From: Geotalea daltonii FRC-32
Lineage (GTDB): Bacteria; Desulfobacterota; Desulfuromonadia; Geobacterales; Geobacteraceae
Length of the DNA: 32,000 nt
Reading direction: 5' to 3'
Assembly: GCF_000022265.1 (NCBI RefSeq)
Contig: NC_011979.1
Coordinates: forward strand, 1,650,001-1,682,000
Part shown: positions 24,935-32,000 of the stretch, in pieces
Layout: each line of letters begins with the position of its first letter
How positions within the stretch are numbered: the stretch's first letter is position 1
Program-made: the position numbers and the translations under genes
The notes under the pieces: model-generated
What the model saw: the letters and a program-made list of their open reading frames with translations, nothing else
What the model was told of the DNA's origin: nothing
Databases searched by the model: none

Positions 24935-24976
24935 AATTGTATTAATTAAAACACGTTGTGAAAATGGCGCAGTGGT

Positions 24977-25666
24977 TCAGGGGTGCCTGTGAAGTTTGGC
25001 CAGTTCGGCTTCGGACGGCCTTATATAGATGGGATTAAGTTCGGCAAGCGGAATGGTTTTGCCTTTGGTGAAAAGGTCTGCTGCAAGGAGAGCCCCGGCA
25101 GAGGCGCGGGGTTGATGGACATTCCAGGGGGCGAAGAAGGCATCGGCTCCCTTGGATGAGGTGATCAGGTCCCGGTATTTTTCCGCCCCCTCACCGACGA
25201 ATATGGCCGGACCGATGATCTGTTTCAGAAAATCGGCCGGAGGAAGGACGCAATCAGCAGCCAGAGGCAGGGGCACTTCATTGCAGCGGTATGCACCTGC
25301 GTAAACCTCTTTTTTCCGGGCATCGAACATGGGACAAACCGTATATGAGCTCCACGGGAGATTCCCGGCTAGCATGGCCAGTGAAGAAAAGCCGACGACC
25401 GGTTTGTCTGCGGCCAGCGCCAGGCCTTTTACCGTTGCCACTCCGACTCGTACCCCGGTGAATGAGCCGGGTCCAAGGGCGACGGCAAAACCGTCCAGAT
25501 CGCAGGTCCGAATCCCGGCATCGCTTAGCAGGGTATCGACGCAGGACAGAAGCCGGTTGGTCAGTGTTCTGTCAAGCTGGAGCAGGTACTCTCCCGCCAG
25601 ACGCTGATCAATGGTCAGTGCTACACTGCAGGTGCTGGTGGAGGTGTCGATGGTGAGAAGCTTCAA
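24977..25666 (-). CDS. tsaB: tRNA N6-threonylcarbamoyladenosine modification protein TsaB (YeaZ)
   Basis: The N-terminus KLLTIDTSTSTCSVAL and the G-rich FAVALGPGSFTGVRVG motif are typical of TsaB. The track start at 25684 is a TTG without an SD. The second in-frame TTG at 25666 has AAGGAAG 7 nt upstream and gives MKLLTIDTS. Confidence 0.85.
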   Translation of the reverse strand: MKLLTIDTSTSTCSVALTIDQRLAGEYLLQLDRTLTNRLLSCVDTLLSDAGIRTCDLDGFAVALGPGSFTGVRVGVATVKGLALAADKPVVGFSSLAMLAGNLPWSSYTVCPMFDARKKEVYAGAYRCNEVPLPLAADCVLPPADFLKQIIGPAIFVGEGAEKYRDLITSSKGADAFFAPWNVHQPRASAGALLAADLFTKGKTIPLAELNPIYIRPSEAELAKLHRHP

Positions 25667-25699
25667 TGGGTGGCTTCCTTGCAAAGGTCATTACGGTAG

Positions 25700-26770
25700 T
25701 TATTGATTTTGTCCGATGAAGTATCTGGCAATATCGTTATAGAAAGCAAGGACCATCAGGCTTATCAACAATACCAGGCCAATCTGCTGGGCGATTTCCC
25801 GCGCTTTTGGACTGATCGGCTTCCGGAATACTATTTCCCAGAGGTAGAAAAAAAGATGGCCCCCATCCAGAATCGGCACAGGAAGCAGGTTTAAAATTCC
25901 AAGGTTGACTGAAAGAAGTGCGACGAAGGCGAGAAAACTGACACTTCCTTCAGCGGCCTGCTGGCCGGCCATCTTGACGATCATGATCGGTCCGCCGATG
26001 GTATCCAGCGGAATGGCTCTTTCTACCAGTTTTACCAGGGACAGGACAGTTATCTTGATGACATTCCAGGTCTGGGCGCTACCTTTGGTAAACGCATCAA
26101 CCGGACCGAAATGATCGATGACGATTTCCCCAGCCGAAACGATTCCCAAAACCGGTGTAGTAACAGTGTCCCCCAGGAGATTCTTTGCTGTTCGTTTTTC
26201 AGGAGTTATGCGGAAGTTGAGAGTCTTGCCCTCCCTCTGCACCTGCAGTTCCACCGGTTGTCCCTTTCCTTCGATAATGGTGGAGGAAAGTTCTTCCCAG
26301 CGATTGACAACCTTACCGTTAATGGCGGTAACCATGTCTTTAGCCTGCACTCCGGCGCGGGCTGCAGGCTTGTCCTTGACGACTTCGCCGATTTTGGTGG
26401 TTGCTGCCGGTACACCGACCATATAGACGATGATGAAGATGAAATAGGCAAAAAGAAGGTTAAACAAAGGTCCCGCGGCAACAATGACTATTCTTTGCAG
26501 GGGAGGCTTGGCTGCAAAGGAGCGGGCTTTGTCCTCTTCGGTAAGCTCGGCGTCTTCTCCTTCGCCGACCATTTTCACATAGCCGCCAAGGGGAAATGCG
26601 GAAAGAAGGTACTCGGTTTCGCCAATCTTTTTGCCGATTATCTTGGGACCGAAACCGAGGGAAAACTTGTCGACGCCGACGCCGAACCATTTGGCAAAGA
26701 TGAAATGCCCCAGTTCGTGGATGAAGATAAGAGCCCCAAGGGCGATGATTGCCGATATTACGCTCTGCAT
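25700..26770 (-). CDS. rseP: RIP (site-2) zinc metalloprotease RseP
   Basis: 356 aa. HELGHF (HExxH) lies in the first TM segment, there is a central PDZ-like region, and the LNLLPVPILDGGH motif is present. Confidence 0.9.
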   Translation of the reverse strand: MQSVISAIIALGALIFIHELGHFIFAKWFGVGVDKFSLGFGPKIIGKKIGETEYLLSAFPLGGYVKMVGEGEDAELTEEDKARSFAAKPPLQRIVIVAAGPLFNLLFAYFIFIIVYMVGVPAATTKIGEVVKDKPAARAGVQAKDMVTAINGKVVNRWEELSSTIIEGKGQPVELQVQREGKTLNFRITPEKRTAKNLLGDTVTTPVLGIVSAGEIVIDHFGPVDAFTKGSAQTWNVIKITVLSLVKLVERAIPLDTIGGPIMIVKMAGQQAAEGSVSFLAFVALLSVNLGILNLLPVPILDGGHLFFYLWEIVFRKPISPKAREIAQQIGLVLLISLMVLAFYNDIARYFIGQNQ

Positions 26771-26825
26771 TCGTTTCCCCTGTAAAATGTTGCTGGAGTA
26801 AAATTCATATTTTCAAGCATACGAC

Positions 26826-27980
26826 TCAAAAGGATTGGAGAAGTTCCGAACACCTCTCGCGGCCCCATTGATCGATTTCAATTACATCTTCGATGCTGGA
26901 AAGGCTGCGGGGATGATGAAGATCCATGGTTTTTTCAATTGAACGGGCGATGTCCGTGAACTTTATTCTGCCGGATAAAAACGCAGCTACAGCCACTTCG
27001 TTGGCGGCATTCATGACGGTCGGCATGCTCTCCCCATCTTTCATTGCCCGGTAAGCCAGTTGCAGCGCCGGGAAGCGTACTACATCCGGATTAAAGAAGG
27101 TAAGTCCTGAAAGCGTTGTAAGATCCAGCGGCTTTACCCCAGTCGGCACCCTGCCGGGATAGGTGAGGGCGTAGGCGATCGGTGCCTTCATGTCTGGAAT
27201 GCCCATCTGGGCCATGACACATCCATCATTATATTCTACCATGGAATGAATGATGCTTTGCGGATGGATATTAACCGAGATTTTCTCTGCCGGCATGTCG
27301 AACAGCCAACTGGCTTCGATGACTTCAAGTCCCTTGTTCATCATGGAGGCTGAATCGATGGTGATCTTCTGTCCCATGCTCCAGTTGGGATGATTGAGGG
27401 CGTCCTTTACCGTCACCTGTGCTAGTTTTTCTCCTGAGAGGTTGAGGAACGGGCCGCCGGAAGCGGTGAGAATGATCCGCCTTACGTCCTCCTTGCGATG
27501 TCCCTGCAGCGATTGAAAGACGGCGCTGTGCTCGCTGTCTACAGGATAGAGCTTGACACCACGGGTCTTGACCATATCCATGATAAGGCGGCCAGCCGTG
27601 ACGAGAGTCTCTTTATTGGCAAGAGCGATATCCTTGCCTGCCTCGATGGCTGCGGACGTGGGAAGCAATCCGGCAGCTCCGACGATGGCTGCGACTACCA
27701 TGTTGGTATCCGAGGCTGTTGCAGCAGCGATCATTCCCTCTACACCATACATGACTGCGGTCTTTCTGCAGGAAAGCATTCCTTCCAGTTTCAAGGCAAG
27801 CTCTTCATTCTTGACGGCGACCAGCTGCGGCGCAAATGCATCGATCTGCTCCTTCAGCAAATCAATATTTTCTCCGGCTGTAAGAGCAATGATCTTGAAT
27901 TTTTCCGGGTGTGCCGCGACTATTTCCAGCGTGCTGACGCCGATCGATCCGGTGGAACCGAGGATGGTAAGATTTTTCAT
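26826..27980 (-). CDS. dxr: 1-deoxy-D-xylulose 5-phosphate reductoisomerase
   Basis: 384 aa with the motifs ILGSTGSIG (NADPH binding), LANKETLV and [11 protein letters not shown]. Confidence 0.97.
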   Translation of the reverse strand: MKNLTILGSTGSIGVSTLEIVAAHPEKFKIIALTAGENIDLLKEQIDAFAPQLVAVKNEELALKLEGMLSCRKTAVMYGVEGMIAAATASDTNMVVAAIVGAAGLLPTSAAIEAGKDIALANKETLVTAGRLIMDMVKTRGVKLYPVDSEHSAVFQSLQGHRKEDVRRIILTASGGPFLNLSGEKLAQVTVKDALNHPNWSMGQKITIDSASMMNKGLEVIEASWLFDMPAEKISVNIHPQSIIHSMVEYNDGCVMAQMGIPDMKAPIAYALTYPGRVPTGVKPLDLTTLSGLTFFNPDVVRFPALQLAYRAMKDGESMPTVMNAANEVAVAAFLSGRIKFTDIARSIEKTMDLHHPRSLSSIEDVIEIDQWGRERCSELLQSF

Positions 27981-28005
27981 TGCGCCTCACTTTGAAGAAT
28001 ATGAA

Positions 28006-28770
28006 TCATGGTCTGAAAATGAAATAGGCGTAGAAGAAAGCCGCCGGGGCAGCAAAAAGTATGCTGTCGAGACGATCAAGAATTCCGCCGTGGCCGGGGA
28101 TAATGGTTCCCGAATCCTTGACACCGCAACTCCTCTTGAGAAGGGATTCGAAAAGATCGCCCAACTGCCCGAGCACGCCAAGGAGAACGGCGGTCAGGAT
28201 ACAGTCCAAAAAAGAGAGTTGGGGAAAAAAAATCAGTTTTGTTGCCACTGCACCGAAAATGCTGCCGAAGAGGCCGCCAAGGGAGCCTTCGACGCTTTTT
28301 TTCGGGCTTACTTCGGGGTAGAGCCTGGTCCGGCCCCAGGTCGAACCGCAGTAGTAGGCGGCGCTATCGCCGCTCATGACGATGACGAGCATGAGCAGAA
28401 TCCACTGTTTGCCATATTCGAGATTGCGCAGCAGGATGAGATGCCCCAGTAGCAGCGGAACATATAGCAATCCCATCATCATCAGCGCCGATTCCTGGGC
28501 GGCTTGCCTGATGTCCCGGAACCTGAAGAGAATGACAAGTGAAAAGCAGAGGACAAAGGCTGATATGGCGGTAAGAATAACGATGCGATCGGCAGGGAAA
28601 AAGGATGTCAGGACCAATGCACCGGCAACTGCTGCCACTCGTCCCTCCGTCTTTCTGTCGGGCATTGCCATCTGATAAAATTCAGCAAGTCCCAGGAGGG
28701 AGACAATGATAATGAAACAGGAGAAGGCGAATGGAGTCCCCTTGACGATGAGCAGTATGAGCAGGGGCAA
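28006..28770 (-). CDS. cdsA: Phosphatidate cytidylyltransferase (CDP-diglyceride synthase)
   Basis: Polytopic membrane ORF with the C-terminal signature SLLKRSCGVKDSGTIIPGHGGILDRLDS. The track start at 28770 is TTG. The reading frame stays open and CdsA-like (IKRLATAIVLL) up to 28800, so the true start may lie upstream (see findings). Confidence 0.9.
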   Translation of the reverse strand: MPLLILLIVKGTPFAFSCFIIIVSLLGLAEFYQMAMPDRKTEGRVAAVAGALVLTSFFPADRIVILTAISAFVLCFSLVILFRFRDIRQAAQESALMMMGLLYVPLLLGHLILLRNLEYGKQWILLMLVIVMSGDSAAYYCGSTWGRTRLYPEVSPKKSVEGSLGGLFGSIFGAVATKLIFFPQLSFLDCILTAVLLGVLGQLGDLFESLLKRSCGVKDSGTIIPGHGGILDRLDSILFAAPAAFFYAYFIFRP

Positions 28771-28829
28771 AAGAACTATTGCAGTGGCTAGCCGTTTGAT
28801 ATGTCACTCCTCTTCCGTACTGTGGCTTG

Positions 28830-29579
28830 TCAAGCGGTAGGCATTCCGGTCTGCAGCTGGTCGCTGGTTTTGCCGAACCTGCGTTCCCGCGATTGATAAT
28901 GGTGGAATGCCTTATACAACTCCTTTTTGTCGAAATCAGGCCAGTTCACATCGCTGAAGTAAAGCTCGGTGTAGGCCAACTGCCAGAGGAGAAAATTGCT
29001 GATCCGCATCTCTCCACTTGTTCTGATAAGAAAATCGGGTTCCGGCATGGCTGCAGTGTAAAGGTAATTGTTGAAGGTCTTCTCGTCGATTTCCTCTGGT
29101 TTGATGTTGCCTGCAGCAACATCACAGGCAATCTTCCTGGCAGCACCGGCTATTTCCTGTCGCCCTCCATAGGAGAGAGCAAGAGTCAGGAGCATACCAG
29201 TGTTGGTCTCGGTCTTGGCGATGGCCGCACTGATTTCCGCGTTGATGTCGGCGGGCAGTTCGGTCCGATTGCCGATGACATTGAAACGGATGTTGTTGCT
29301 CATCATGCGGCCGAGTTCGGATCGGACAAATTTCTTCAGCAGGGCCATGAGGGCTTTTACTTCTGTTTTCGGCCTCAACCAGTTCTCGGCTGAGAAGGCG
29401 AACAGCGTCAGATAGGCAATTTCCAGCTTTGAGCATTCTTCCACTATCAGGCGGACGGTTTCCACGCCCTTCTGATGTCCAACGATTCTTTTCAACATCT
29501 GTTGCTTTGCCCAGCGTCCATTACCATCCATAATCACTGCCAGGTGGTGGGGGAGACTGCTCTTGTCAAATCTGTGCAT
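28830..29579 (-). CDS. uppS: Undecaprenyl (di-trans,poly-cis) diphosphate synthase
   Basis: Motifs HLAVIMDGNGRWA and ISNFLLWQLAYTELYF. The track start at 29591 is a TTG without an SD. The ATG at 29579 is preceded by GAAGGTG. Confidence 0.93.
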   Translation of the reverse strand: MHRFDKSSLPHHLAVIMDGNGRWAKQQMLKRIVGHQKGVETVRLIVEECSKLEIAYLTLFAFSAENWLRPKTEVKALMALLKKFVRSELGRMMSNNIRFNVIGNRTELPADINAEISAAIAKTETNTGMLLTLALSYGGRQEIAGAARKIACDVAAGNIKPEEIDEKTFNNYLYTAAMPEPDFLIRTSGEMRISNFLLWQLAYTELYFSDVNWPDFDKKELYKAFHHYQSRERRFGKTSDQLQTGMPTA

Positions 29580-29666
29580 ACACCTTCCCAAGAAATCGAC
29601 ACCGTCAGGCTATCTGACGATAGAACATGCTGTTACCGGGTACTGGCCAAGGAACATCTCTTCAAA

Positions 29667-29693
29667 TAAAAAAATCCCCTGGTGAGAGGGGGA
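29667..29693 (-). terminator. Weak terminator candidate after frr
   Basis: The minus strand has a short stem (CCCCT/AGGGG, 5-6 bp, 6-nt loop) followed by ATTTTTTTATTT. The T-run is good but the stem is weak. Confidence 0.3.
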
Positions 29694-29753
29694 AACCGCT
29701 TTTCAAGTATAGTGCAAGGCAAATTGTGCTGCCAATTGCTGACAGAGGAGGCA

Positions 29754-30311
29754 TCAAACTTCCATAACCTCTTTTTCCTTGTGGAGCAACACTTCGTCAA
29801 TCCGTGCCACATGGCTGTTGGTCACATCCTGGACATCCTTCTCCGCACGTTTCAAGTCATCTTCGGAGATTTTCTTTTCCTTTTCCAGCTTCTTCAGGTC
29901 GTCGATTGCTTCACGGCGGATATTCCTCACCGCGACTTTCGCATCCTCGGCAAATTTCTTAAGCTGCTTGACGATCTCTTTGCGCCTTTCCTCTGTAAGA
30001 GGAGGGAGGTTCAGACGGATGAGCTTACCGTCATTGGCGGGGGTGAGCCCCAGGTTGGCATTCATTATTGCCTTCTCAATGGGGGGGATCATTTTTGCAT
30101 CCCAAGGCTGCAGGGTTATGGTACGGGGCTCGGGGACTGCAAGGGTTGCAACCTGATTCAGCGGTGACAGCGTACCATAGAAGTCGACCTTTATCTCATC
30201 GAGAAGGCTGGTGCTGGCGCGACCAGTGCGAACCTTCTGGTATTCCTTGCGCAGTGAATCAATAGTCTTGTCCATATGACTGCTCATGCCGCTAATGACA
30301 TCCTTGGTCAT
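29754..30311 (-). CDS. frr: Ribosome recycling factor
   Basis: 185 aa, the typical RRF length, with typical sequence ([13 protein letters not shown]..., a charged helical C-terminus). Its ATG lies 1 nt after the pyrH stop. Confidence 0.97.
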   Translation of the reverse strand: MTKDVISGMSSHMDKTIDSLRKEYQKVRTGRASTSLLDEIKVDFYGTLSPLNQVATLAVPEPRTITLQPWDAKMIPPIEKAIMNANLGLTPANDGKLIRLNLPPLTEERRKEIVKQLKKFAEDAKVAVRNIRREAIDDLKKLEKEKKISEDDLKRAEKDVQDVTNSHVARIDEVLLHKEKEVMEV

Positions 30312-30312
30312 G

Positions 30313-31107
<795 letters not shown>

Positions 31108-31117
31108 TTATTGCCTG

Positions 31118-31768
31118 TCAGGCGCCGGCAGCGGCAGCAACTTCCGCTGCAAAATCGCTTTCTTTCTTTTCCAACCCTTCGCCGAGATTGAATTTTGCGA
31201 ACCGTCGGATGCTGATATTCTCACCGATGGTGGCGATCGTCTCATTCAGATACGTTTGGACGGTTTTGTCCGGGTCCTTGACGAACGCCTGCTCAAGGAG
31301 GCAGATATCGCCATAGAATTTGTTGACCTGCCCCTCAATGATCTTCTCGACTATGTTGTCGGGTTTGCCGCTTTCCTTGGCCTTTGCCCGGTATATTTCC
31401 TTTTCCCGCTCCAGTACGGAAGGATCGACCTCTTCACGGCGCACGTAGAGCGGGGATGCCGCGGCAATGTGCATGGCGACGTCTTTGACGAAATTCTGGA
31501 AACCTTCATTCTTGGCGACGAAATCCGTTTCGCAGTTTACTTCGACAAGCACGCCGATCTTCCCGCCGGCATGGATGTAAGAGCCGACCAGACCTTCGGT
31601 GGCAGCCCGACCGGCTTTCTTGGAAGCGGCGGCAAGTCCCTTCTTGCGCAGGTAATCGACAGCCTGCTCGTGATCTCCACCGGTTTCCGTCAGCGCTTTC
31701 TTGCAATCCATCAGGCCTGCGCCCGTAGCTTTTCTCAATTCATTAACTTGCGTAGCTGTAATACTCAC
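31118..31768 (-). CDS. tsf: Elongation factor Ts (short, 216-aa form)
   Basis: N-terminus [25 protein letters not shown] (the UBA-like EF-Ts N-domain). GTG start with GGAGGA SD 5 nt upstream. Confidence 0.95.
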   Translation of the reverse strand: MSITATQVNELRKATGAGLMDCKKALTETGGDHEQAVDYLRKKGLAAASKKAGRAATEGLVGSYIHAGGKIGVLVEVNCETDFVAKNEGFQNFVKDVAMHIAAASPLYVRREEVDPSVLEREKEIYRAKAKESGKPDNIVEKIIEGQVNKFYGDICLLEQAFVKDPDKTVQTYLNETIATIGENISIRRFAKFNLGEGLEKKESDFAAEVAAAAGA

Positions 31769-31815
31769 TTTTATCCTCCAAGATCAGTGCTGATCTGAAT
31801 GCGTTTTTTTTAAAA

Positions 31816-32000
31816 TTATGCTTCAGCAACAGTTCCTTCGCCTGTTTCTTCACCTGCAGCAAACTCAGCTCCCTCAGTGTCTGTTTGAAGCTGGGTATTG
31901 CGCGCCTGGCCTCCTTCGATCATGGCGTCGGCGACCTTGCTGGTGAGAAGGCGAATGGCACGAATGGCGTCGTCGTTGCCAGGGATAACGTAGTCGATGT
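31816..32000 (-). CDS. rpsB: 30S ribosomal protein S2, C-terminal fragment (5' end outside the window)
   Basis: My translation of the minus strand gives ...[60 protein letters not shown], with a TAA stop at 31816-31818. The [11 protein letters not shown] motif is characteristic of S2. It is not in the ORF track because no start lies in the window. Confidence 0.9.
   Translation of the reverse strand, partial: IDYVIPGNDDAIRAIRLLTSKVADAMIEGGQARNTQLQTDTEGAEFAAGEETGEGTVAEA

Noticed and set aside
24649-24976. A possible GEMM-I (c-di-GMP / cGAMP) riboswitch, since these often precede Geobacter cytochrome genes.
   Set aside because: I read the minus strand of the whole region and did not find the conserved ACGCAAAGC...CCGG core or the paired P1/P2 hairpins with a GNRA tetraloop. 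A covariance-model scan (RF01051) would be the definitive check.
11678-24976. A genomic island or mobile element explanation for the three-gene insertion.
   Set aside because: There is no integrase, transposase or recombinase ORF, no tRNA/tmRNA attachment site, and no direct or inverted terminal repeats that I could see at the two boundaries. Base composition is similar to the flanks. I therefore treat it as a lineage-specific accessory operon, not a recognisable mobile element.
31781-31796. The palindrome agatcagtgctgatct between rpsB and tsf.
   Set aside because: This is a 7-bp stem with a 2-nt loop and no T-run, immediately upstream of the tsf SD. It is probably a minor mRNA structure, and there is not enough evidence for a regulatory call.

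Overview
This looks like a chromosomal window from a Geobacteraceae/Desulfuromonadales-type genome, inferred from gene order, a Leu T-box ahead of leuA, and Geobacter-style CX4CH/CXXCH cytochrome repeats. All genes but two are on the minus strand.

There are two blocks of conserved housekeeping genes:
- Block 1 (3.1-11.7 kb): ilvD-ilvB-ilvN-ilvC-psd-pssA, with a sigma70-like promoter at about 11.7 kb and a terminator at about 5.0 kb. leuA follows with its own promoter and a T-box transcription-attenuation leader.
- Block 2 (25-32 kb, in transcription order): rpsB'(partial)-tsf | pyrH-frr | uppS-cdsA-dxr-rseP-tsaB.

Between the blocks sits a 12.8-kb, tightly packed three-gene operon (11852-24648). 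It encodes only signal-peptide proteins:
- a 1679-aa multihaem cytochrome (29 CXXCH plus 7 CX4CH motifs counted by eye);
- a 2291-aa protein with two beta-propeller-like repeat regions, about 11 FN3-like modules and a ConA/LamG-like C-terminal domain;
- a 282-aa protein with carboxypeptidase-regulatory-like beta-sandwich domains.

This operon is the most interesting part of the window. I read it as a candidate cell-surface or extracellular electron-transfer/adhesion module of unknown function.

The left end holds the 3' end of another multihaem cytochrome gene and a small Fis-type HTH ORF. Convergent to these is a two-gene operon: a small secreted beta-sandwich protein plus an HExxH metalloprotease with a CFIATAAYGS-type C-terminal anchor domain.

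I saw no rRNA, tRNA, CRISPR array, transposase, integrase or obvious defence genes. All domain calls come from motif recognition by eye; no searches were run.
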